Positions 1 to 10,630 of a stretch of DNA of 64,000 bases are shown piece by piece (the first letter of the stretch is position 1; each line of letters begins with the position of its first letter). Under the pieces are notes generated by a model. The model saw nothing but the letters and a program-made list of their open reading frames with translations. It was not told where the DNA came from and searched no databases. Source of the DNA: Eledone cirrhosa. Lineage: Eukaryota. The stretch spans positions 6,634,001 to 6,698,000 of the forward strand of contig OZ024745.1 in NCBI GenBank assembly GCA_964016885.1, in the 5' to 3' direction. Both the position numbers and the translations under genes were made by a program.

Positions 1-97
1 AGCAGATGAAACTGATAAGATACAACACAGAGAAACAGAACATTAGAATAGCAAAGACAGCCATACTAATATTAAACTGTTAAAAATATGATTATAG

Positions 98-108
98 ATA
101 TATATATA
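98..108. repeat. Short (AT)n microsatellite
   Basis: ATATATATATA read directly at 98-108. Confidence 0.6.
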
Positions 109-802
109 CAAGTGAACCTAGTCGTAAACTACAGCTTCTGGAGATTAAATCGGGCGTTAAGTAAATTGAATAATGTATATAATAAAAGCAGCAAATGACT
201 CCATGATACTATGAAAGAAAGAGAAAGAAGTGTGATACACATGAGAAACCAGTAAAGCTAGAGTAATTAGTACAATAAGGCAACATGAAACAATAAAAAT
301 GTTCTCTTTATATAAGGACACAATAACACAGAAAGTAGAAGCTACGAGAGGGGAAAGGTTTAGAACAAATGTACAGAAAACATATAAAGAAGATAATATC
401 AGCGAGGAAATCAAAAGCGTACAAAAGGAAAACGAACCGAATAACTTCTTTATAGGCAGAATTGGTAGAAGAGTTGGTAAAACCACAATTTCAAATATGT
501 GGACTAAAAGCAGAAGTGGGAGGTTTGAACAAGACCAATGCCATAAGAAACGACAGAATTAATGAAATTAAACTAGAGGTGAACTGGGGACCGGAATATA
601 TCAAGTCATAAACCAGGCTTCCACATATAACCTGAAAGTTGTATGCGTGTAGGGTCCTCACAAGGAAGTCGTAGAGGCTTCGTGGCGGGATATGAGGCGT
701 TTTGGGGGCATTGTTAGATCTGGGGCAGCCCACCTTCTCTTCAGGTCGAAATACAGCAGATTTATTTCAGAGAATAATAGAGAGTGAGAAATATAGAGGT
801 AG

Positions 803-947
803 AATCAATCCCGGTACTCGACTGATATTTATTTTATCGACCTCAAATGAATGAAGGGAAAAGTTGACCTCAATAGGATTTGAACTCAGAGAGCCGAAAC
901 AACAAAAATCATTCTATCTGACGTTATAAAGACTCAAGACGCCGTCT
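803..947 (-). mobile_element. Decayed tRNA-derived SINE, resembling octopus SINEs
   Basis: The minus strand reads TCTGAGTTCAAATCCTATTGAGGTCAACTTTTCCCTTCATTCATTTGAGGTCGATAAAATAAATATCAGTCGAGTACCGGG. It has a Pol III B-box-like GAGTTCAAATCC (876-887). The downstream segment resembles, from memory, the abundant octopus SINE body (GAGGTCGACTTTGCCTTTCATCCTTTCGGGGTCGATAAAATAAGTACCAG). The family call is recall, not a database search, and the ends are approximate. Confidence 0.65.
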
Positions 948-1010
948 TCAGCAAGTATTGACTAAGTTCGGTACGTGGGAGAATTTGATGTTACGTGATA
1001 TATATTTCTA

Positions 1011-1016
1011 TTTATT
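1011..1016 (-). promoter_or_regulatory. Putative polyadenylation signal (AATAAA) of the LINE
   Basis: TTTATT on + at 1011-1016, ~230 nt downstream of the ORF2 stop. It is followed on the minus strand by TAGAAATATATAT. Confidence 0.5.
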
Positions 1017-1244
1017 TGCCACCAGGGCATCAAAGATTGGGACAAATACAAAGGGGGAAGTTTACATACATTTAAAAAGACGTGTAAAAAAACATATAAC
1101 AAATTAAATTTAACAATCGATGTCCTCAATAGGGAGGGGCGTTGATATGGGTCGCACACACCCCCGAAAAAATGTGCAACCCTCCTCTTCAGGAGCACAA
1201 AGAGCGGGTGCTTCCTTCCTCTTCTCATTCTTCTCCTCTCTCAC

Positions 1245-1772
1245 CTACAGGCTGATATAGAGAGAAGGCCCATTCACTCGGGCCATTCTCGCTACTTTCA
1301 CCCATCTTTCATAAAATTTGCTGGGGTAGAGCACCTCTCTCTCCATTCTGATCCTTCTTCTAAAGTGGTACTTGAAAAACAAGACCAGTTGTTGGCCGGA
1401 GAGAAAGGTGTCTGACCTCAGCCCTTTCAACCTTGTCCACCATACAATTTCTTTCGCCATGGCTATCACACAGAGGAAAACCGCCTCTCCTTCGTTTTTG
1501 AAAGGGGGAGGCGGTTTGATCGTGACAATGTTCTCGGTGGTCAACCGGATTGGTCCCACCCGCGACAGTAGTCGTTCGACATAGCCCCACAGGTCAGCAA
1601 CGCCCGGGCAGTGTACGAATGCGTGTGCGACGGTTTCCTCGTCACGCACGCATCTTGGACAGATCTTCTTCGAGGGGTCCCTCCCCGGGCGCCCGTGTCT
1701 GTAGAGCTTGTCCCGAACGGGTAGAGCTCCTCGGTAATATTGCCAGCCCAGGGACTTTTGGAAGTTGTCCAT
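1245..1772 (-). pseudogene. Retrotransposon ORF2 C-terminal fragment, zf-RVT-type zinc-binding domain (175 aa)
   Basis: MDNFQKSLGWQYYRGALPVRDKLYRHG...ICPRCVRDEETVAHAFVHCPGVADLWGYV. The CCHC knuckle at ~1608-1661 is typical of L1/Tx1 clade ORF2. The first 17 aa of the ORF-track call (1773-1823) are translated minisatellite from a non-ATG start. Confidence 0.8.
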
Positions 1773-1773
1773 C

Positions 1774-2146
1774 GTGGGGGGTGTAGTGTGGTCAATAGCT
1801 AGTGGGGGGTGTAGTGTGGTCAATAGCTAGATCGTGAGGAGTGGGAGGTGTAGTATGGTCAATAGCAAGACCATGGGGAGGGGGGTGTAGTGTGGTCAAT
1901 AGCTAGACCATGGGGAGTGAGGGGTGTAGTGTGGTCAATAGCTAGATCATGGGAAGTGGGGAGGGGTGTAGTGTGGTCAATAGTTAGACCATGGGGAGTG
2001 GGGGGTGTAGAGTGGTCAATAGTTAGAACATGAAGAGTGGGAGGTGTAGTGTGCTCAATAGTTAGACCATGAGAAGTGGGAGGTGTAGTGTGGTCAATAG
2101 CTAGACCATGAGGAGTGGGGGGTGAAGTGTGGTAAATAACTTGACC
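1774..2146 (+). repeat. G-rich 39-bp minisatellite, 10 copies
   Basis: The core GTGTAGTGTGGTCAATAG starts at 1781, 1809, 1848, 1885, 1924, 1966, 2005, 2044, 2083 and 2122 (spacings 28, 39, 37, 39, 42, 39, 39, 39, 39). Consensus is approximately GTGGGRGGTGTAGTGTGGTCAATAGCTAGACCATGRGGA. Confidence 0.95.
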
Positions 2147-5100
2147 TCGAACTCCGACTGTTAGCAGGAGAAAAAGTGACAACCCCCTTTTTTTATTTCT
2201 TTTTCTGGGTGGAAACGTTGGTACGACTTTTCTATTGGTGACATGAGACATTCACTTTGTCTCTATTCGTGACATGACACATTCACTTTGTCTCTATTGA
2301 TGACATAACACATTCACTTGGTCCCTATTGCTGACATGACACATTCACTTTGTCTCTATTGGTAACATGACACATTCACTTAGTCTCTATTGATGACATA
2401 ACACATTCACTTGGTCTCTATTGCTGACATGGCACATTCACTTTGTCTCTATTGGTGACATGACACATTCACTTTGTCTCTATTGATGACATAACACATT
2501 CACTTTGTCTCTATTGCTGACATGACACATTCACTTTGTCTCTATTGGTGACATGACACATTCACTTTGTCTCTATTGGTGACATGACACATTAACTTTG
2601 TCTCTATTGGTGACATGACACATTCACTTGGTCCCTATTGCTGACATGACACATTCACTTTGTCTCTATTGGTAACATGACACATTCACTTAGTATCTAT
2701 TGATGACATAACACATTCACTTGGTCTCTATTGCTGACATGGCACATTCACTTTGTCTCTATTGGTGACATGACACATTCACTTTGTCTCTATTGATGAC
2801 ATAACACATTCACTTTGTATCTATTGCTGACATGACACATTCACTTTGTCTCTATTGGTGACATGACACATTCACTTTGTCTCTATTGGTGACATGACAC
2901 ATTAACTTTGTCTCTATTGGTGACATGACACATTAACTTTGTCTCTATTGGTGACATGACACATTCACTTGGTCTCTATTGGTGACATGACACATTCACT
3001 TTGTCTCTATTGGTGACATGACACCTTCACTTGGTCTCTATTGGTGACATGACACATTCACTTAGTCTCTATTGGTGACATGACACATTCATTCTGTCTC
3101 TATTGGTGACATGACACATTCACTTTGTCTCTATTGGTGACATGACACATTAACTTTGTCTCTATTGGTGACATGACACATTCACTTGGTCCCTATTGCT
3201 GACATGACACATTCACTTTGTCTCTATTGGTAACATGACACATTCACTTAGTCTCTATTGATGACATAACACATTCACTTGGTCTCTATTGCTGACATGG
3301 CACATTCACTTTGTCTCTATTGGTGACATGACACATTCACTTTGTCTCTATTGATGACATAACACATTCACTTTGTATCTATTGCTGACATGACACATTC
3401 ACTTTGTCTCTATTGGTGACATGACACATTCACTTTGTCTCTATTGGTAACATGACACATTCACTTAGTATCTATTGATGACATAACACATTCACTTGGT
3501 CTCTATTGCTGACATGGCACATTCACTTTGTCTCTATTGGTGACATGACACATTCACTTTGTCTCTATTGATGACATAACACATTCACTTTGTATCTATT
3601 GCTGACATGACACATTCACTTTGTCTCTATTGGTGACATGACACATTCACTTTGTCTCTATTGGTGACATGACACATTAACTTTGTCTCTATTGGTGACA
3701 TGACACATTAACTTTGTCTCTATTGGTGACATGACACATTCACTTGGTCTCTATTGGTGACATGACACATTCACTTTGTCTCTATTGGTGACATGACACC
3801 TTCACTTGGTCTCTATTGGTGACATGACACATTCACTTAGTCTCTATTGGTGACATGACACATTCATTCTGTCTCTATTGGTGACATGACACATTCACTT
3901 TGTCTCTAGTGGTGACATGACACATTAACTTTGTCTCTATTGGTGACATGACACATTCACTTGGTCCCTATTGCTGACATGACACATTCACTTTGTCTCT
4001 ATTGGTAACATGACACATTCACTTTGTCTCTATTGATGACATAACACATTCACTTGGTCTCTATTGCTGACATGGCACATTCACTTTGTCTCTATTGGTG
4101 ACATGACACATTCACTTTGTCTCTATTGATGACATAACACATTCACTTTGTATCTATTGCTGACATGACACATTCACTTTGTCTCTATTGGTGACATGAC
4201 ACATTCACTTTGTCTCTATTGGTGACATGACACATTAACTTTGTCTCTATTGGTGACATGACACATTAACTTTGTCTCTATTGGTGACATGACACATTCA
4301 CTTGGTCTCTATTGGTGACATGACACATTCACTTTGTCTCTATTGGTGACATGACACCTTCACTGGGTCTCAATTGGTGACATGACACATTCACTTAGTC
4401 TCTATTGGTGACATGACACATTCATTCTGTCTCTATTGGTGACATGACACATTCACTTTGTCTCTATTGGTGACATGACACATTCACTTTGTCTCTATTG
4501 ATGACATGACACATTCACTTGGTCTCTATTGGTGACATGACACATTCACTTTTTCTCTATTGGTGACATGACACATTCACTTGGTCTCTATTGGTGACAT
4601 GGCACATTCATTTTAAGTCTATTGGTGACATGACACATTCACTTTGTCACTATTGCTGACATGACACATTCACTTTGTCACTATTGGTGATATGACACAT
4701 TCACTTTATCTTTATTGGTGATATGACACATTCACTTTGTCTCTATTGGTGACATGACACATTCACTTGGTCTCTATTGGCGACATGACACATTCATTTT
4801 ATCTCTATTGGTGACATGACACATTCATTTTGTCGCTATTGGTGACATGACACATTCACTTGGTCTCTATTGGTGACATCACACATTCACTTGGTCTCTA
4901 TTTGTGACATGACACGTTCACTTTGTCTCTATTGGTAACATGACACATTCACTTTGTCTCTATTGGTGACATGTCACATTCATTCTGTCTCTATTGGTGA
5001 CATGACACATTCACTTAGTCTCTATTGGTGACATGACACATTCACTTTGTCTCTATTGGTGACGTGACACATTCATTTTGTCTCTATTGGTGACATGACA

Positions 5101-5549
5101 CATTCACTTTGTCTCTATTAGTGACATGACACATTCATTTGGCTTCTATTGGTGACATGACACATTCATTTTGTCTCTATTGGTGACATGACACATTCAC
5201 TTGGTCTCTATTAGTTACATGACACATTCATTTTATCTCTATTGGTGACATGACACATTCACTTTGTCTCTATTGGTAACATGACACAGTCACTTTGTCT
5301 CTATTGGTAACATGACACATTCACTTTATCTCTATTGGTGACATGACACATTCACTTTGTCTCTATTGGTAACATGACACATTCATTTTGTCTCTATTGG
5401 TGACATGACACGTTCATTCTGTCTCTATTGGTGACATGACACTTTCACTTGGTCTCTATTGGTGACATGACACATTCACTTTCTCTCTATTGATGACATA
5501 ACACATTCACTTTGTATCTATTGGTGACATGACACATTAACTTTGTCTC

Positions 5550-8500
5550 TATTGGTGACATGACACATTCACTTGGTCTCTATTGGTGACATGTCACATT
5601 CACTTTGTCTCTATTGGTGACATGACACCTTCACTTGGTCTCTATTGGTGACATGACACATTCACTTAGTCGCTATTGGTGACATGACATATTCATTCTG
5701 TCTCTATTGGTGACATGACACATTCACTTTGTCTCTATTGGTGACATGACACATTAACTTTGTCTCTATTGGTGACATGACACATTCACTTGGTCCCTAT
5801 TGCTGACATGACACATTCACTTTGTCTCTATTGGTAACATGACACATTCACTTAGTCTCTATTGATGACATAACACATTCACTTGGTCTCTATTGCTGAC
5901 ATGGCACATTCACTTTGTCTCTATTGGTGACATGACACATTCACTTTGTCTCTATTGGTGACATGACACATTAACTTTGTCTCTATTGGTGACATGACAC
6001 ATTAACTTTGTCTCTATTGGTGACATGACACATTCACTTGGTCTCTATTGGTGACATGACACATTCACTTTGTCTCTATTGGTGACATGACACCTTCACT
6101 TGGTCTCTATTGGTGACATGACACATTCACTTAGTCTCTATTGGTGACATGACACATTCATTCTGTCTCTATTGGTGACATGACACATTCACTTTGTCTC
6201 TATTGGTGACATGACACATTCAATTTGTCTCTATTGATGACATGACACATTCACTTGGTCTCTATTGGTGACATGACACATTCATTCTGTCTCTATTGGT
6301 GACATGACACATTCACTTTGTCTCTATTGGTGACATGACACATTCAATTTGTCTCTATTGATGACATGACACATTCACTTGGTCTCTATTGGTGACATGA
6401 CACATTCACTTTTTCTCTATTGGTGACATGACACATTCACTTGGTCTCTATTGGTGACATGGCACATTCATTTTGTCTCTATTGGTGACATGACACATTC
6501 ACTTTGTCACTATTGCTGACATGACACATTCATTTGGTCTCTATTGGTGACATGACACATTCACTTGGTCTCTATTGGTGATATGGCACATTCACTTGGT
6601 CTCTATTGGTGACATGACACATTCACTTTTTCTCTATTGGTGACATGACACATTCACTTGGTCTCTATTGGTGACATGGCACATTCATTTTGTCTCTATT
6701 GGTGACATGACACATTCACTTTGTCACTATTGCTGACATGACACATTCATTTGGTCTCTATTGGTGACATGACACATTCACTTAGTCTCTATTGATGACA
6801 TAACACATTCACTTGGTCTCTATTGGTGACATGACACATTCACTTTTTCTCTATTGGTGACATGACACATTCACTTTGTCTCTATTGGTGACATGACACA
6901 TTAACTTTGTCTCTATTGGTGACATGACACATTAACTTTGTCTCTATTGGTGACATGACACATTCACTTGGTCTCTATTGGTGACATGACACATTCACTT
7001 TGTCTCTATTGGTGACATGACACCTTCACTTGGTCTCTATTGGTGACATGACACATTCACTTAGTCTCTATTGGTGACATGACACATTCACTTGCTCTCT
7101 ATTGGTGACATGACACATTCACTTTGTCTCTATTGGTGACATGACACCTTCACTTGGTCTCTATTGGTGACATGACACATTCACTTGGTCTCTATTGGTG
7201 ACATGGCACATTCATTTTGTCTCTATTGGTGACATGACACATTCACTTTGTCACTATTGCTGACATGACACATTCATTTGGTCTCTATTGGTGACATGAC
7301 ACATTCACTTGGTCTCTATTGGTGATATGGCACATTCATTTTGTCTCTATTGGTGATATGACACATTCACTTTGTCACTATTGCTGATATGACACATTCA
7401 CTTTATCTTTATTGGTGATATGACACATTCACTTTGTCTCTATTGGTGACATGACACATTCACTTGGTCTCTATTGGCGACATGACACATTCATTTTATC
7501 TCTATTGGTGACATGGCACATTCATTTTGTCTCTATTGGTGACATGACACATTCACTTGGTCTCTATTGGTGACATCACACATTCACTTGGTCTCTATTT
7601 GTGACATGACACGTTCACTTTGTCTCTATTGGTGACATGACACATTCACTTTGTCTCTATTGGTGACATGGCACATTCATTCTGTCTCTATTGGTGACAT
7701 GACAGATTCACTTCGTCTCTATTGGTGACATGACAGATTCACTTTCTCTCTATTGGTGACATGACACATTCACTTTGTCTCTATTGGTGACATGACACAT
7801 TCATTTGGTCTCTATTGGTGACATGACACATTCATTTGGTCTCTATTAGTGACATGACACATTCACTTTGTCTCTATTGGTGACATGACACATTCACTTG
7901 GTCTCTATTGTTGACATGACACATTCATTTTGTCTCTATTGGTGACATGACACATTCACTTTGTCACTATTGCTGACATGACACATTCATTTGGTCTCTA
8001 TTGGTGACATGACACATTCACTTGGTCTCTATTGGTGATATGGCACATTCACTTGGTCTCTATTGGTGACATGACACATTCACTTTTTCTCTATTGGTGA
8101 CATGACACATTCACTTGGTCTCTATTGGTGACATGTCACATTCACTTTGTCTCTATTGGTGACATGACACCTTCACTTGGTCTCTATTGGTGACATGACA
8201 CATTCACTTAGTCGCTATTGGTGACATGACATATTCATTCTGTCTCTATTGGTGACATGACACATTCACTTTGTCTCTATTGGTGACATGACACATTAAC
8301 TTTGTCTCTATTGGTGACATGACACATTCACTTGGTCCCTATTGCTGACATGACACATTCACTTTGTCTCTATTGGTAACATGACACATTCACTTAGTCT
8401 CTATTGATGACATAACACATTCACTTGGTCTCTATTGCTGACATGGCACATTCACTTTGTCTCTATTGGTGACATGACACATTCACTTTGTCTCTATTGG

Positions 8501-10630
8501 TGACATGACACATTAACTTTGTCTCTATTGGTGACATGACACATTAACTTTGTCTCTATTGGTGACATGACACATTCACTTGGTCTCTATTGGTGACATG
8601 ACACATTCACTTTGTCTCTATTGGTGACATGACACCTTCACTTGGTCTCTATTGGTGACATGACACATTCACTTAGTCTCTATTGGTGACATGACACATT
8701 CATTCTGTCTCTATTGGTGACATGACACATTCACTTTGTCTCTATTGGTGACATGACACATTCAATTTGTCTCTATTGATGACATGACACATTCACTTGG
8801 TCTCTATTGGTGACATGACACATTCATTCTGTCTCTATTGGTGACATGACACATTCACTTTGTCTCTATTGGTGACATGACACATTCAATTTGTCTCTAT
8901 TGATGACATGACACATTCACTTGGTCTCTATTGGTGACATGACACATTCACTTTTTCTCTATTGGTGACATGACACATTCACTTGGTCTCTATTGGTGAC
9001 ATGGCACATTCATTTTGTCTCTATTGGTGACATGACACATTCACTTTGTCACTATTGCTGACATGACACATTCATTTGGTCTCTATTGGTGACATGACAC
9101 ATTCACTTGGTCTCTATTGGTGATATGGCACATTCACTTGGTCTCTATTGGTGACATGACACATTCACTTTTTCTCTATTGGTGACATGACACATTCACT
9201 TGGTCTCTATTGGTGACATGGCACATTCATTTTGTCTCTATTGGTGACATGACACATTCACTTTGTCACTATTGCTGACATGACACATTCATTTGGTCTC
9301 TATTGGTGACATGACACATTCACTTAGTCTCTATTGATGACATAACACATTCACTTGGTCTCTATTGGTGACATGACACATTCACTTTTTCTCTATTGGT
9401 GACATGACACATTCACTTTGTCTCTATTGGTGACATGACACATTAACTTTGTCTCTATTGGTGACATGACACATTAACTTTGTCTCTATTGGTGACATGA
9501 CACATTCACTTGGTCTCTATTGGTGACATGACACATTCACTTTGTCTCTATTGGTGACATGACACCTTCACTTGGTCTCTATTGGTGACATGACACATTC
9601 ACTTAGTCTCTATTGGTGACATGACACATTCACTTGCTCTCTATTGGTGACATGACACATTCACTTTGTCTCTATTGGTGACATGACACCTTCACTTGGT
9701 CTCTATTGGTGACATGACACATTCACTTGGTCTCTATTGGTGACATGGCACATTCATTTTGTCTCTATTGGTGACATGACACATTCACTTTGTCACTATT
9801 GCTGACATGACACATTCATTTGGTCTCTATTGGTGACATGACACATTCACTTGGTCTCTATTGGTGATATGGCACATTCATTTTGTCTCTATTGGTGACA
9901 TGACACATTCACCTTGTCACTATTGCTGATATGACACATTCACTTTATCTTTATTGGTGATATGACACATTCTCTTTGTCTCTATTGGTGACATGACACA
10001 TTCACTTGGTCTCTATTGGCGACATGACACATTCATTTTATCTCTATTGGTGACATGGCACATTCATTTTGTCTCTATTGGTGACATGACACATTCACTT
10101 GGTCTCTATTGGTGACATCACACATTCACTTGGTCTCTATTTGTGACATGACACGTTCACTTTGTCTCTATTGGTGACATGACACATTCACTTTGTCTCT
10201 ATTGGTGACATGGCACATTCATTCTGTCTCTATTGGTGACATGACAGATTCACTTCGTCTCTATTGGTGACATGACAGATTCACTTTCTCTCTATTGGTG
10301 ACATGACACATTCACTTTGTCTCTATTGGTGACATGACACATTCATTTGGTCTCTATTGGTGACATGACACATTCATTTGGTCTCTATTAGTGACATGAC
10401 ACATTCACTTTGTCTCTATTGGTGACATGACACATTCACTTGGTCTCTATTGTTGACATGACACATTCATTTTGTCTCTATTGGTGACATGACACATTCA
10501 CTTTGTCACTATTGCTGACATGACACATTCATTTGGTCTCTATTGGTGACATGACACATTCACTTGGTCTCTATTGGTGATATGGCACATTCACTTGGTC
10601 TCTATTGGTGACATGACACATTCACTTTTT
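5550..10630 (+). repeat. Tandem duplication within the satellite, period 2542 bp (82 monomers)
   Basis: Marker pairs ATGTCAC 5591/8133, AGTCGC 5668/8210 and GACAGATTCACTTCG 7701/10243 are all offset by 2542 = 82x31. Confidence 0.85.

Larger units (their letters stand above)
998..1772 (-). mobile_element. 5'-truncated non-LTR retrotransposon (LINE) 3' end, L1/Tx1-like
   Basis: Contains an ORF2 C-terminal region with W-x5-ALPV...C-x2-C-x8-H-x4-C...LW and a TAG stop at 1245-1247. An ~240-bp 3' UTR follows, ending in AATAAA and an A/AT-rich tail. The RT and endonuclease regions are absent, and the 5' end abuts the 39-bp minisatellite. Confidence 0.85.

Noticed and set aside
157-733. ORFs 157-486(-), 299-562(+) and 491-733(-), with faint CR1/L2-like words (TRG...NFF..R)
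   Set aside because: They are short and compositionally biased by the A-rich strand, and the motif spacing does not fit a LINE C-terminus convincingly. A TBLASTX/Dfam search would be needed.
870-947. tRNA gene
   Set aside because: Only a B-box-like motif is present with no cloverleaf, which is better explained as a SINE head.
994-1776. CGTG at 994-997 and 1773-1776 as a LINE target-site duplication
   Set aside because: It is only 4 bp, CGTG also occurs in the minisatellite and at 974-977, and it is shorter than typical L1-type TSDs. It cannot be distinguished from chance.
962-1795. ORFs 962-1228(-), 1360-1590(-), 1372-1584(+), 1541-1795(-) and 1550-1786(+)
   Set aside because: These are alternate-frame, antisense or 3' UTR shadows of the LINE fragment, with no recognisable motifs.
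1774-2146. Telomeric repeat
   Set aside because: G-rich, but it has no TTAGGG-type short unit and its period is 39 bp.
2169-2206. Rho-independent terminator-like hairpin with T tract
   Set aside because: The context is eukaryotic and the stem is weak and A/T-rich. It is kept only as a possible element-end feature.
1859-2251. 130-aa ORF with 13-aa HGLAIDHTTPPTP repeats (mucin-like)
   Set aside because: It is a by-product of a 39-bp unit that lacks stops in one frame. It starts inside the satellite, and the 37-bp and 28-bp units break the frame.
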